The notes under the pieces: model-generated
What the model saw: only the letters and a program-made list of their open reading frames with translations
The model's database searches: none
Told to the model about the DNA's origin: nothing
Part shown: one piece after another, positions 52,059 through 64,000 of the stretch
Layout: every line of letters starts with the position of its first letter
How positions within the stretch are numbered: the first letter of the stretch is position 1
Position numbers and translations under genes: made by a program
Source of the DNA: Setoptus koraiensis
Taxonomy: Eukaryota; Animalia; Arthropoda
Length of the DNA: 64,000 nucleotides
Assembly: GCA_048013815.1 (NCBI GenBank)
Contig: CM106585.1
Coordinates: 14,756,001-14,820,000 of the forward strand
Reading direction: 5' to 3'

Positions 52059-54589
52059 GTTTTATACCCGGCCATACACGTTGAGGCATTGGACTGCGAG
52101 TCGAAGTGGCCAATTGAGCGAGCGTTTGTTTGTATGCAGCCCGTAAGGGGGCAATTCGCTAATTCCCAAATTTGCCTCAAAATTTGCCTTAAAATTTGCT
52201 CTAAAATTTGCTCTTAGATTCGCTCTCAGATTTGCTCTCGGATTTGCTCTCAGATTTGCTTCTAGATTACGCAGTCTGTTGTGTGTCGCGCGACAAGTGC
52301 ATCGCATTTGCTCATCGCCACTCGGGAGGCCCCATTGCCGAGCCTCGACAACTTTGGCCGCGCGCCCACCTCGACAGGCGACGATATGACGATTATCAAC
52401 TGATATCGTTTGCATCTATCTGACGTTATATATCTAGAGCAATTTATTTATCTTTTGGCGCGCGCAAGCGTCAAGCAGACGAAATGTTGATAAATCTTGT
52501 GAGTCAAGCAGACGAAATGTTGATAAATCTCGTGATGCGTCGGGTGTTGCGTCATCATGAGCAGCTTGCAAGCAATTGCATCATTTCCGACAATTTCTAT
52601 TGTGCCGACTATTGTGCAATCGTCGGAAATGCAATCGTCGTCAAACTATTATACAGCCTGCACACTGTGCGTTATTGTGCAATGTGTTGCGCAATAATGG
52701 CGCACGATGGGCACCTGTCGCAAAACGCCATGTCGCCAGCCAGTGGCCGCATCATTTGTTGTGCAGTGACAATTGCCAGCCAAGAGCAACTAATTATCAG
52801 ATTATTGAACTTATCATTTCGGCCATTCAATTACGCTGAGCACGTTGTCAGCTGTTGGCTGTCAGCTGTTGGCTGTCAGCCGGCTATCGGCTGTCAGTTA
52901 CCTGTAAGTCAGCTGTAAGCCAGCTATCAGCTGTCAGCGAGCTGATAGGCAGCGATTAGCAGATATTTTACAATTTTGCAAGCGGCCATTTGTTTTTTGC
53001 GACAGCAACAAACACAACAACAACAGCAACAACAACAGCAACAACAACAGCAACAACAACAACGACAGCAACAACAACAGCAACAACAACGGACAGACAA
53101 CCATTGTTACGTGACGCAACATTGGCGCTGTGGTGGTTATTAAGTGATGGCGTGTCACTTTTTTTGCTGTCGCCAACTGTTATCGCCGCTTTTATCACCC
53201 ATTATTATTACAATGTGTCATTGTGGCATTACCTATTTATACCATTGCACATTGTAACCTGCGGTGTATAATAGGCGCCTGACCAGCAACTGACCAGCAA
53301 CTGACCGGCCACTGACCACTGAGTGGCGCTGCTCAGCCAATCACAACCGATTGCGCTACTGCTGTCGTTGCATGCAAATTAATACAGGGGTCCGGCCAAG
53401 GGGGGCGCTCATTCGCTTACTTTGCCCACTCATGGACTGTTGAGTGTGTAGTTGGGGCTGCCGGGTCGCGTTTGCATGCAATGTAACCATTGACAATAAT
53501 TTCATTGTTGCATTGTTTCGTGCCGTACAGTATGTGTGTGCGTGTGTGTGTGTGCGTAATTGTGGTCGTTACGTAATGGCGATGGCCAGTTGTTGGCATT
53601 ATTACATTATTGCAAGAGTGAGTAATAATGGCTTTCATGTCACTGCTCGAACCAGTAGTAATGATGGCCAATAATGAGCGAAATGGTCACAGCGCGTCAC
53701 TGCAGTCGCCTCCTACGCACACAACACTACATACAATGTCCGTTTGCAATTACCATTGGCCACTGGCGCTGGCGCTGTTATTATGTAATAAATCAGAGAC
53801 AAGTCACAATAATAATAACAGATAATAATGGCAATATTTATACTATTTATATTGGCCATGTGTGCATGTCACGCTAGCATGATATTGCACAATATCAATT
53901 GTCAGTGCCACTCGGTGATATACTGAAAACGCCACGTTGAGTGGGGCCAATGCGGCCATTATGGCCACTTCCATCAATGGACACTGCAGCGAGCTGAGCC
54001 CCATGGCCGAATGGCCGAATGGGCGAATGGCCAAATGGGCGACTTGCGCAATTGCTGCGCTAGGCGTATCAGTGGCGCTAGGCGCTCGAACGGCAATCCG
54101 ATCTGATCCGATTTGCAAACGCCGATGCGCACTTGTGGCCCCACTGGCGGATTGTGAAAAAAGCACTCGACCAATAATTGAATTGAATGCATTGTGTGTG
54201 CCCGTCTGGTGGCTCGCCGTGACATTTGATGACACAATGACGTGCATTGGCCCCATGCGCATGTTTGTGTCCGCACTGCATCCCTCGAATGGGCTGTCAA
54301 ACAGTCGAATTGTCGAATGGTCGCATCGCCAAATCGTCGGATCGGCGCCGATGCGACCGTTGTCAGCGCACGACCAAATGGTCAGACACAGATCACATGT
54401 TGGCCTGGTCAGCCGGTCAGCCGGTCAGCCGACCAGCTGACCGGCTGGCTAAATGGTGAGACGGTCAAACGGTTAAATGTTGAAATGGTTAAATGGTCAA
54501 ATGGTTAAATGGTGCAACTCGCCCCAGACAGCGCACACACATATACAGCCATTGCCGCCTGAATGCCCCCTCTCACACACTGCACTTAC

Positions 54590-54674
54590 GGGTCAAGTGT
54601 TGCGTCATATACCAACTGCTTGTACTCTCTGGCCACATTGTTTGCTGTTTGCCCTGTTACATCATCGATCATCG
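54590..54674 (-). CDS. Candidate small exon (MIDDVTGQTANNVAREYKQLVYDATLD)
   Basis: CCAACAG acceptor, 85-nt open segment and strong CC|GTAAGT donor. No homology recognised. Confidence 0.2.
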
Positions 54675-57600
54675 CTGTTGGGCCTCATCGAGAGGGGGCG
54701 CTCTCTCTCTCTCTCGCTTAGTTTAGGTTTGGTTTAGGCCAGCGAGTCACTGGGGCCTCGAGAGCAAAGAGGCCAGCTCCGAGGGAAGCTCTGTTGTGAG
54801 CTGCTGTGTCTCGAAATGGCGACAGTCACTTTGTAAATAACTATTATCTCATATCTGCTGATAACTGTAATAGCTGCCGCTAACTGCAATATCCGCAGCT
54901 AACTGCAATATCTGCCGATGAGATTCGGCCTCGTTTGTGAGCTTGTAAAACGGACGCTGCCAAACAAAGTTTGCACCGAGTTTTTGTTTGACGCCGAGCA
55001 GCTCGGCGATGGGCGCCAATGGTTGCCGGCTCGAAATCGGCCCCAATTATTGGGGCCCAATATCAACGCACACTGACAATACCGTCAATGAAGCGATATT
55101 ATTAGGCGTGTTGATACATGATGATATATGAACATTCGTGGATAAAACATATGTTTTATCCACGAATGTTGCTCATGTTGGTGCTCGCCAACAGCTGGCA
55201 AGGTGACAGGCTGAGCGGGTGCGGGGGCATGAATGAACTTTGACCGCCGGATATAAATAGCGGAGGGCATGCAAATAGATAGAGGGCGCTTCGACGCTTT
55301 GCAGTTGTTGGCCGGTAGTCAGTGCAGTTGTTGGCCGGTAGTCAATTGGTCAAAAGTCTAAAGTTTGCACTGCAAACACGCCGACGACAAGCTAGCATAT
55401 GATGGCTTATATAGGATATAGGATGATGTACGAACGACAGGTATTTGTGTCTCGAATGACCTTGTTGCTCATGCAATGACGACGACAGGTACCTGTGACA
55501 GGTAGCCGCGACAGGTAGCTGCGAGTGGCCGATGCAATGTATACATTGTAATGATTGAATTGTTGTCGTTGTCGGTCGTCGTTGTCGTCGTCGTCGGTCG
55601 TCAGTGTTGAGTCGACCGGCAGTGTTGAGTCGACCGACAGAGAGCGGTGCACTTAATTGTCTATTTTTATGCCGAGCTCCACGACAAACTTGAGCCTTAA
55701 TGCATTAATGTGTATAAATGTGATATTATCACTGTTCAATTTACAATCAGCGCAATTTCAGCTGAGCTCCAATGGCTCCAATGCTCATTTGGCTGTATCG
55801 CCGGCCCGCGAGCGCATCCAGTCGAGCCGCACTTGTCGGGCGCTCGCGCTGGCCCGATTCGCTTGCATTTGCATTTTCGTGTTTTCATATTTTCATATTT
55901 TCATATTTTTATATCTTTATATTTTTGTATTTTCATATTTTTGTATGTTTATACATTTTCATATTTATATTGCAGATATTGTGAATATTGTTAATATGCA
56001 AACAACAATCAACGGACAGTGCATGCGATAAGAGCACAATCAATTTATTTCTCGCCGGTGCCGTTTGCATTTGTGGTCGTTTCTGGTCGGCGCAACAATG
56101 TTTGCATGCTTGTCGGCGCAAATTGTCAATTCAATTGCTTGCCGGCTCTCCGATTTGACATCTCTGATATCTGTCTGTTTCAGCCAGTCTGACTCTCAGC
56201 GCCGAGATGCTCGCCAGCCCGGCCAACCCGAAGAAGATGCATTGTCGTTTGTTTGGCTTGCGTCGAGCGGTCGTCGTCGTCGATGTGAGAGCCTTTTCAG
56301 CCAAGTTCAACAAGAGATTTGCACTGAGATTGAGATTTAAATGAAAATTTAACATTTGACTATGACTTGTGAGAGACAAGTTTAAAATTAGCAACTACGT
56401 TATCATTACAAACAGCCATTTAATTGGTCATTCAACAATGTCACATGGCCAACACACACTCATTCATTAATAATTATTGTTGTTGGCGGCAAACAAGCCT
56501 TCATTGTGTTCACCTGTGCTTATATTTATATCCTTATATATTTTATATAGGCAAGCTTTGTATTTATTTATATTTTATTGGTGTCGTCGCACAAGACGAC
56601 GACAACAACAAATGAACCTATAAACAATAACATGCCAACGTCTGACGTATACGTGAGATAGCCTGTATCTGATAGTGATTTAATGGTTGGTAACTTCGAC
56701 GATTCTTCACTATTTGCACAATTGCCACATTGAGCTTCTTGCCAGGAGCTTCTTGCTAGGAGCTTCTGCGAATTTGCGCAACAAACAATTATCTGGCGCT
56801 CGCCATCTCGGCCAGTGTCTCTGTCACTCTTGTCACTCAACCATTAAACAGTTTATCTATAACAGCTTATCCTTTATGTGCCCATTACAGGGGATAAAAG
56901 CTAGCCAGCCAGCTGATAGTCGCACAGATAGCGGCTTGCCAGCTAGTTGGCCTGTCGGAATATTATAATAATATCACAATAATATTATAATAATAATAAT
57001 ATTTCCCACTGTATGTCGGCCAAGCGGGCGCATAAGATAATGGCCGGTGGGCGATGTTGCTGGCACCGAACTGGCTCCAACTCGAAGCGATTCTTTCGGC
57101 GGAACTGTCGCTTCGCAAGAGCCGCTGCGGGCCGGTTTGTTCGGAAGAAAACCAAAGCGCAATCTTTGCGCCATCTCCGCCGACGAGCCGGCGGGCCGGC
57201 CGGCCGCCCGATGAGCTTGTTCCGTGCCCGCTTGATTAAGTGCCGCGGCCCGGGGTTTGTTGGCCGAGCTGGCCGGCACAAGCCGGCACCAGGTAGCTGC
57301 AGAAGCCAACAAAAGTAAATACCGCAACATGATTGCCGTCGTCCAAAGTTCACACACTTTTGACGAAATTATCTCCTGTTGCCAGCGCTGGCCGGCAGTG
57401 TATAAAATTACAAATTAGCGCAGCAAATTCATATTTCAATACAGGCCGTCGTATTTATCGTCGTGCGAGCTGCCGGCGAGTCGCGACGCCATCAAATAAT
57501 GTCAAGAAGAATCAAATAATGTCAAGACGAATCAAATAATGCCAAAAAGAATCAAATAATGCCAAAAAGAACACATTCGTCGGTCGTTCTTTCGGCCTGT

Positions 57601-57984
57601 CGTCTCTATCGCAGCGTTTAGCGATTCCAGCCTCGCCAGCGTTCCTTCGAATCGCTCATCCTCAGCCTGCGAACCTTTTATTTGCCATTCTTTTTCTGCC
57701 ATCTTCGCCGGCCTTTTGTCTGGCCGTTTTTTGTCGACATTCTTGTGTCGATTCCAATCAAATCGCAGCCACTTTGCATAACTGCATACAAATTAACTGT
57801 CATGCCATCGCTGTCAACATGCTGCCAGATTGTTGGATCGCACCCTTTGTCATTATTGTTCATGTGGCCCCTCTCGTGAGAGCCAGCGAAAAGGCACCGC
57901 CATCTGGCGACAGTCGCAAGTGTCTCGCCGGCGCCGAGTAGCGGCTTATCCGCTCGGTTTATCCGCTCGGTTTGTCCCCCATTC

Positions 57985-58096
57985 AACAGTTTAAATTGAA
58001 CAGTTTAAATTGAACAGTTTAAATTGAACAGTTTAAATTGAACAGTTTAAATTGAACAGTTTAAATTGAACAGCTTAAATTGAACAGTTTAAATTA
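57985..58096. repeat. AT-rich minisatellite, 14-nt unit AACAGTTTAAATTG, 8 copies
   Basis: Read directly from the sequence. Confidence 0.95.
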
Positions 58097-60255
58097 AGCA
58101 GTTTAATTGAAACAATCTGATTTAAACTCCCGCAAGGCTGACCCAAATTGGCGCAGTGCCCAGGTTTGCTGCTGGCGTCGGGTTAGCGTCGAGTCGGGCC
58201 GCACGGCGAGCTTGTGCGCGAGTTTGTGCTCGTTTCGGCGCTTCTTCGGGCCGCCAACAATACGATAGATGCGGATAAAACGAGCTGGCCCGAATGCGCG
58301 CCGCTGACCACCCACGGCAGCAGCATGAGCTCGGCCAACTTATCGCGTTATTTATTTTGTCTGTCCGCGAAATTCATTTGAAATCTATTTGATGATTTCG
58401 TTATTTATGTCCGTTCATCGGCCACAACTCTAAAACGGCTCTAGAAGCACGCTCGAACGGCGCTCGAACGCCCCTCAAACCAACAGTTGACGGCGCTTAC
58501 GTAACAGCGCAAGATCGGGCCAGAGGTGCAATGTGAGTGGCATATTTTCATGATTCATATCACTCACACAACAAGATGCGCCCATCACACAAGTCATTGC
58601 ACATGGTCAGCGTTATCGCATCCCGCGGTGCCAGCCTCACCTGTACTGTAATGAGTCACAGTGGACAGGTGAGGCCCATAAATAAATGTGTCATATGCAA
58701 ATTGAAGTTTGCCTATTCGCACAACAGGTAGCCGCCACAACAGACAGCGGCCATGTGATCTAATTAATGGCCACACATTGTACAAGCGCTCAACTTGTAC
58801 AATGTGTTTATTTGCGCGCTATTGCGTTGTTATTTGACGGCTTGAACAATATTTATTTTGTATATATTTTACGTTTTATATATGTTTGCGTCGTTGCATG
58901 TATGCAGGCTATCGCGGCCCGGTGAGCCGACCAGTGGGAACCGTGTCGCTGTTATGGCCGCTATTATTGATCATATGATTTTAGTTAGTTAGTGTTTGCC
59001 GGGCACCATAGATCGACCAGTCAGATTGAGTAGGCCTGGCGCTTCTCGGCCCATTAACACAACGACATGAATGAACGAGGCTGCGAACGCACCGAAGCGC
59101 TAATTTTAGCGCATAATTCACCTGTCGGCCGTGAGATTTTTTTGTGCTGCTGCTGCTGAGATTTTTTTCTTTAGTTTGTGTGTGTGTGTTAACAATCAGC
59201 AGTTTGTACTTGACCAGCACAAATCACGGCTGCTGCTGGCGCAAGTGCAAATTAATATTGCACACACACACTGTATTACATAATACAGTAATACAGTAAT
59301 GATATGACGTAATGTGTTGTGTATCAACTGTCAGCTGTGTGTTGTGCTCGCCCGAATCACGCGCATACCCAATGGATGCACTTCGATTTTACACTTTATC
59401 GCACTGCCCACTACATTGCGCAACACGCTCGTTGCGTAAGACGCTCGTTGCGCAACACGCCAGCCTATTGGTATTCACAAGTGAGTTGCTGTTGGCCGAG
59501 ATTTAATTATTATTGTTTATACATTGTAATTTATATACAGCTGCCCGTCCGGTCCGGTCCGGTCCGGTCCGGCCCGGCCCGGCCGACTGCGCGCTGTCCG
59601 GTGAGACGTTCGTGTGGGAGCTTCTTGCGATACTTAACTGCCTCTAGCTGATAATGAAATGCCTTAAATACTTCACTGTACCTGTTGTATCGCCCTGTTG
59701 CAGTTGCAATCAACTCGGCTGACAAAATCGACTCGATTTGCCTTTGTGAATCACAAATTGTGTGATCACTTTTCGCAAAGGTGATCAACTCTTCATGGGA
59801 GAGTGCGCCGCTAGAGGCGCCACAAGCTCAAAACGGCACGACAGGTGAGCAACCTATAACGATGGTACGTTTATGTCATTTGTCCATTGGGTCGGCTACT
59901 ATTCACTATACTTTGGTCGGCAACTCGATAATCGTGTGAGCGTCGCGCCAGCGACAAGTGCATGTTGCACACTATTAGCAGAGACACACTATTAAATGGC
60001 AATTATTTAAATCTGTCTGCCACTTGTTTGCTGCCGCTGTTAATTAGCTGCTGCTAATTTGACACTGACATTATAGATATATGGCCGTGATAGATTTGTT
60101 TGCTCGGGCACGGATTGCGCCCGCTCGAACGAGCCGAGCCAATCCGTTGCGCGGGAACATTCTCACACACTAATTGTCAGCCCAATTATGCGCTCATAAT
60201 TATTCTTGGCCGCACTGATACTCGCCCACTTCCGGCTGGCCGTCGATCTGGCGCT

Positions 60256-60362
60256 AATTTCGAGCTGCGTCAAATTTCGAGCTGCGCCAAATTTCGAGCT
60301 GCGCCAAATTTCGAGCTGCGCCAAATTTCGAGCTGCGTCAAATTTCGAGCTGCGTCAAATTT
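60256..60362. repeat. Minisatellite, 17-nt unit AATTTCGAGCTGCG(T/C)CA, 6 copies
   Basis: Read directly from the sequence. Confidence 0.95.
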
Positions 60363-61528
60363 GATTGACTCAAGCGGCTCAACTGGCCGGCGTGCTCGCC
60401 TCTTGAGCTAACTCTCGAGTTTATACATGATGTGTCAGATATTTATATTGTGCGCGACCCGCGACACCGCGAACAGAGCCGAGCATGGCGAGCGAACGCG
60501 ATAACAGAACGCGCACACAGCCGAACAGGGCGATAATTGAGAACGCGCGTCAGCCCGAGCTGTCGACCCTCAACTGAGCCGAACCCCAAAAGTTGAGGGC
60601 CCCCGAAAGGCCGAGGGGCCCCGAAAAGTGTCGACATGTCGAGCGAGGACCCGTGCACGGCAATACGGACCAATGGACACTAACTGGCTGCAACATGAGG
60701 CATAAATTATGATAATGTGCAACACCATTTTGATAATGTGTGCAAAACGCTAGCACTCTGTGCTCACTCGGCTGACGCAACTGGCACAACCGATACAACA
60801 ACAACCGCTCGCACAACTGATACAACAACAACCGCTCGCACAACTGATAGATAGATGATGTATGGTCGGCAGTGGTTATTATGATGACCGTTGCCATTAT
60901 TACATAACGCACACATTACATAACATTAACACTTGTCCATCGACTCACCACTGCAACCACTGCGACTGCACTTGTCGGGCCGACTTGCAACTAACGGTTA
61001 TTTAAAGATATGACGCAACACACCGATAATGGCCTCTCTATACTGTGCAGTATCACTGTGTGCTGTGCGTATCACTGTCGTATGTTGTGTGCATGTCGCG
61101 CAAATCGTGAGCATATCGAGCCAATAGGCACTTACGTAACGTATGCATGTATCTGTAACTAATGTATCAGCTGCTCATTGATTCATTGGGCCATTGGCGG
61201 CACAAATTATAACGGTGCCAGCTTTGTCCAGATTGACCGTTGGCCATTAGCGGTGTCGTGATCATGTAACCATACAGCTGATACCCGATGACCATTTAAA
61301 ATATTCAATTGTATCGCTGCTCAGGCGAGCGTTACGGCGCCGCGTTCGACGAGGCCCCCCAAAAACAAAAGCAAAGTGTGCGCGTTGACAAGAATCGCCA
61401 CCATTAATCGCCGGACCAACGACCGGCTCAGCAATGCATTTGGCCTGCCGCCATTTGCCGGTCGCCACTTGCCGGTCGCAAAAAACAAATCGCGCGCGCT
61501 GACCGTTGCACCGTGTGAGTTGCATCAT

Positions 61529-61609
61529 GTAACTTACGTAACTTACGTAACGTAACGTAACTTACGTACCGTAACTTAGGTAACGTGACTTACGTAACGT
61601 AACGTAACG
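61529..61609. repeat. GTAAC/TTACGTAA compound array
   Basis: CGTAA pentamers with three full TTACGTAA copies (61534, 61543, 61589). Confidence 0.9.
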
Positions 61610-63379
61610 GTATTGGCAGCTTATGTAATATATTAATACAACAAGTGCCGCCAGCGAGATAACGGGATAACGAGCGCACACGGGACAAAGGGATCGTAAA
61701 TTAGAGCGGACACGCCGGCCAAATGCAAATCTCGTCTGAGCCATTGTGTGTTGTGCGGCGTAAGCTTGCGATATAAAATAAAATATTATCCGATAGTAAA
61801 TTATATCCATTTTGACAATAAGTGACGACAATTAAAGTGAGTGATTCAACGCCATTCGAGCCACGCCAAACAACAAACAAGAGATGCGATTTCGAGTGAC
61901 GGACAATGGCGGATTTGTCGAATGTCGGTGATGAGCGAGCTAGCGTTGTAATGCTATTGTCACATATCTCACATGGCTTATGGCCGACATCAAGCGCCCC
62001 CTAGCGGGCACAGGATGTTGTGGCCGTTATGCAAATTAAAGAAGCGAGGTGCACATCCACTAATTCAATTGAATTAGATCGCCAGTTAGAGGATAAGATA
62101 AAACGTATATCGCACACAGCAAAGAGAGAGAGAGAGAGCGAAATCTGGCTGGCTGGTGGTCTCAAACTGGCCGGCATTGTTGGCCGACCAATTCGGGCCA
62201 GTGTTGCTGTAAAGTCGCCCATTTGATCCATATTTCATTCGCTGTGTCACTCGGGGTGCTTTACTGTCACACGATTGCGCAATAATGATAATGATAATAG
62301 TAATAATGACAATGATAATAACAACAACATTAATATAGGTTGCGCGGCCCGGTCGCAGCCTGTGCCCAGTTGGCTGTTGTAATAACGGCGCCGACTGGCC
62401 GACTGGTGAGTGAGCACCCATTGCGTCACCACTTACGATCGCGCTATGCTAATGAGATTTATGTTTTGCAATTCGTTTGTTTGTTTGTTTATTGCTGCTC
62501 TGACACAGTCTGTTCAACAGAGTCTGTTGTTTGCTGTTTGTTGTTGTCGGTGGTGGTGGTGTCATTGTGCTAGTCGCACAACAACGGCGCGATACTCGCC
62601 TAATCTGGTCTCGAACGTCACCGAATAGGCGAGAATAATTAGCGAGATCTTCGAACCCGAACCGGCCGCAACGCCGCTCGTTAACCGGCCCGGTGCGGCA
62701 ATTTAGAGAGGATGCGAGCGCCGTTTCCTTTGTCTTATCACGGCACGAGACGAGATTGCAGCGAGTGGCACACAATTGCAAGACATTAGACGCAAGCACA
62801 AATACCTTTCGTGCTGCCGTCAGATTGTTCAACTCTTTGTTTATCGCGCTCTCGCATTCAAATATTGTAATTTCTTTAAAAAACTGTGAGCCAACAACTG
62901 TTGTGAGAACTGGCCGCGTGAGGGGGCCGCTCAGCGAACCGCCGCTCGAAACGCCAAACTTTTGAGTGAAATGTGAATTGCGAATTGTGAACGAATTTCG
63001 AACGGCATTTCGCTCATGGCCGGCCCGTGCCAGTGGGCATCACTAATGACGCAACAGCAACGGCATATGTTGTTGTTGTCGGCGCTGTTCGGCGCTGTTC
63101 GAACCGTTCGAAGCGGCCCAAACAATGACTGCATCCTGTCTATGTTTGATCCAAATTGAACATGATGCGCCCCATTCCTTATTTATTTATATTTGACTTC
63201 TTTTTTGCAACAATCTCGCTACAATTCCTGACGATGCCAGCGCGACCCGCGCCAAGAAGTTACCTTCAGCCGACCGACTCGCTCTCGGGTTTGTTTGTGG
63301 CAATTGTGGCCCCATTTGACTGGTGACATGACGGCACTGGCACTATTAATTAAGTTTTGAGTATTATATTTGGCCCAAA

Positions 63380-63517
63380 ATGGCTGCGCCTCATCTGCGC
63401 CTCAGCTGTGCCGCATGCCCGAACTGCGATGCGTTCGGGCCGGATCAAATCGGCCCACTTTTCGCCGTGTCGTGGCGCATTGTCGCAAACGGGCCGAAAG
63501 TTATCACCGTTGTGCAT
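63380..63517 (+). CDS. Candidate initial exon (MAAPHLRLSCAACPNCDAFGPDQIGPLFAVSWRIVANGPKVITVVH)
   Basis: CAAAATGG start context, 46 codons, CAT|GTAAGT donor in phase 0. Confidence 0.25.
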
Positions 63518-64000
63518 GTAAGTGAACCATTGTGTGTCTATTGCGTAACCTTAGTGCGTAATCGTGTTGCGCCGCAATACGGGCCGCAATACGGGCCGCA
63601 CAACAGCGTTACGTAACGTTGTCGCTGTTGCCAGTTTCGGCGCGAGCCGCTGCGAATGCGACTTACGTAACGCACGCTAGTTGCCTCGGACTGATCGCAT
63701 GCTGCAGTCGCTCGGCGGCAACTGCCAGTTGGGAGAGTTTGGCAAACTCAGTTTGCTAATGCAAATGTCAAATGTCGGTTGGTCGCCGATGCTCGCCGCC
63801 AGGCGCAAAACCCGAGCCCAACAGTCACCTGACTCTTGTACCATCTGCTGATAAACGCAATTAATTATTAGTTTCGGCGCCGTGCCGACGACGGCGCCAG
63901 CAACAACGACGCCAAGCTGGCACAGCCGCCAACAGTTGGCGAGAGGGCACACAAAAATTAAAAATTCAAAACGGGAAGAGAAAAAAGAAGGCGAATAGCG

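Noticed and set aside
57678-57900. KGCDPTIWQHVDSDGMTVNLYAVMQSG resembling an ankyrin repeat (minus strand)
   Set aside because: Needs insertions to fit, lacks the TPLH motif and has no neighbouring repeat.
60585-60630. GGCC-CCCGAAA-GGCC reminiscent of hammerhead stem II
   Set aside because: No CUGANGA core upstream and no GAAA after the stem.
60964-60985. TGCACTTGTC similarity to miR-92; also TATCACAG (miR-2 family seed) near 8031
   Set aside because: The miR-92 seed is mismatched, the 3' parts differ, and neither has a supporting hairpin.
79-63952. Most short ORFs in the track, including several that read like plausible protein (e.g. 9673-10224, 15497-15967, 19938-20354, 42034-42504, 53937-54440, 56974-57357)
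   Set aside because: Overlapping frames on both strands look equally plausible and none has a recognisable domain. Some may be real exons, but they cannot be distinguished without RNA-seq or homology search.
1-64000. CRISPR arrays, prokaryotic operons, transposase/RT/integrase genes, rRNA, tRNA
   Set aside because: All tandem arrays are head-to-tail without unique spacers, there are no long densely packed ORFs, and I saw no catalytic motifs or RNA-gene signatures by eye. tRNAscan, Rfam and RepeatMasker were not run.

Overview
This window looks like eukaryotic nuclear DNA, mostly non-coding or intronic, with roughly balanced GC and no CpG depletion. It has no operon-like ORF packing, no CRISPR array, no rRNA or tRNA, and no transposase, reverse transcriptase or integrase ORF that I can recognise. 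It is dominated by microsatellites (CA, CAA/CAG, AAT, GA) and dozens of unrelated 10-24 nt minisatellites, which produce most of the ORF track as artefacts. An animal (possibly small arthropod) origin is a weak compositional guess only. No gene can be named. Best coding evidence: an acidic minus-strand exon (31453-30773, GTAAGT donor in phase 0); a plus-strand exon (47684-47842) encoding a canonical C2H2 zinc finger followed by GTAAGT; a phase-compatible two-exon plus-strand start (39918-40309); and a 397-codon minus-strand ORF (49980-48787). Strongest non-coding signals: at least 19 copies of TTACGTAA (about 1 expected under uniform composition) plus clustered D-box variants; two RFX X-box matches (40065, 44169); a perfect 23-bp hairpin (15766-15821) and several other clean inverted repeats; and repeated independent minisatellites built on a TCGAA core. 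I cannot support a novel biological system; these are hypotheses to test.
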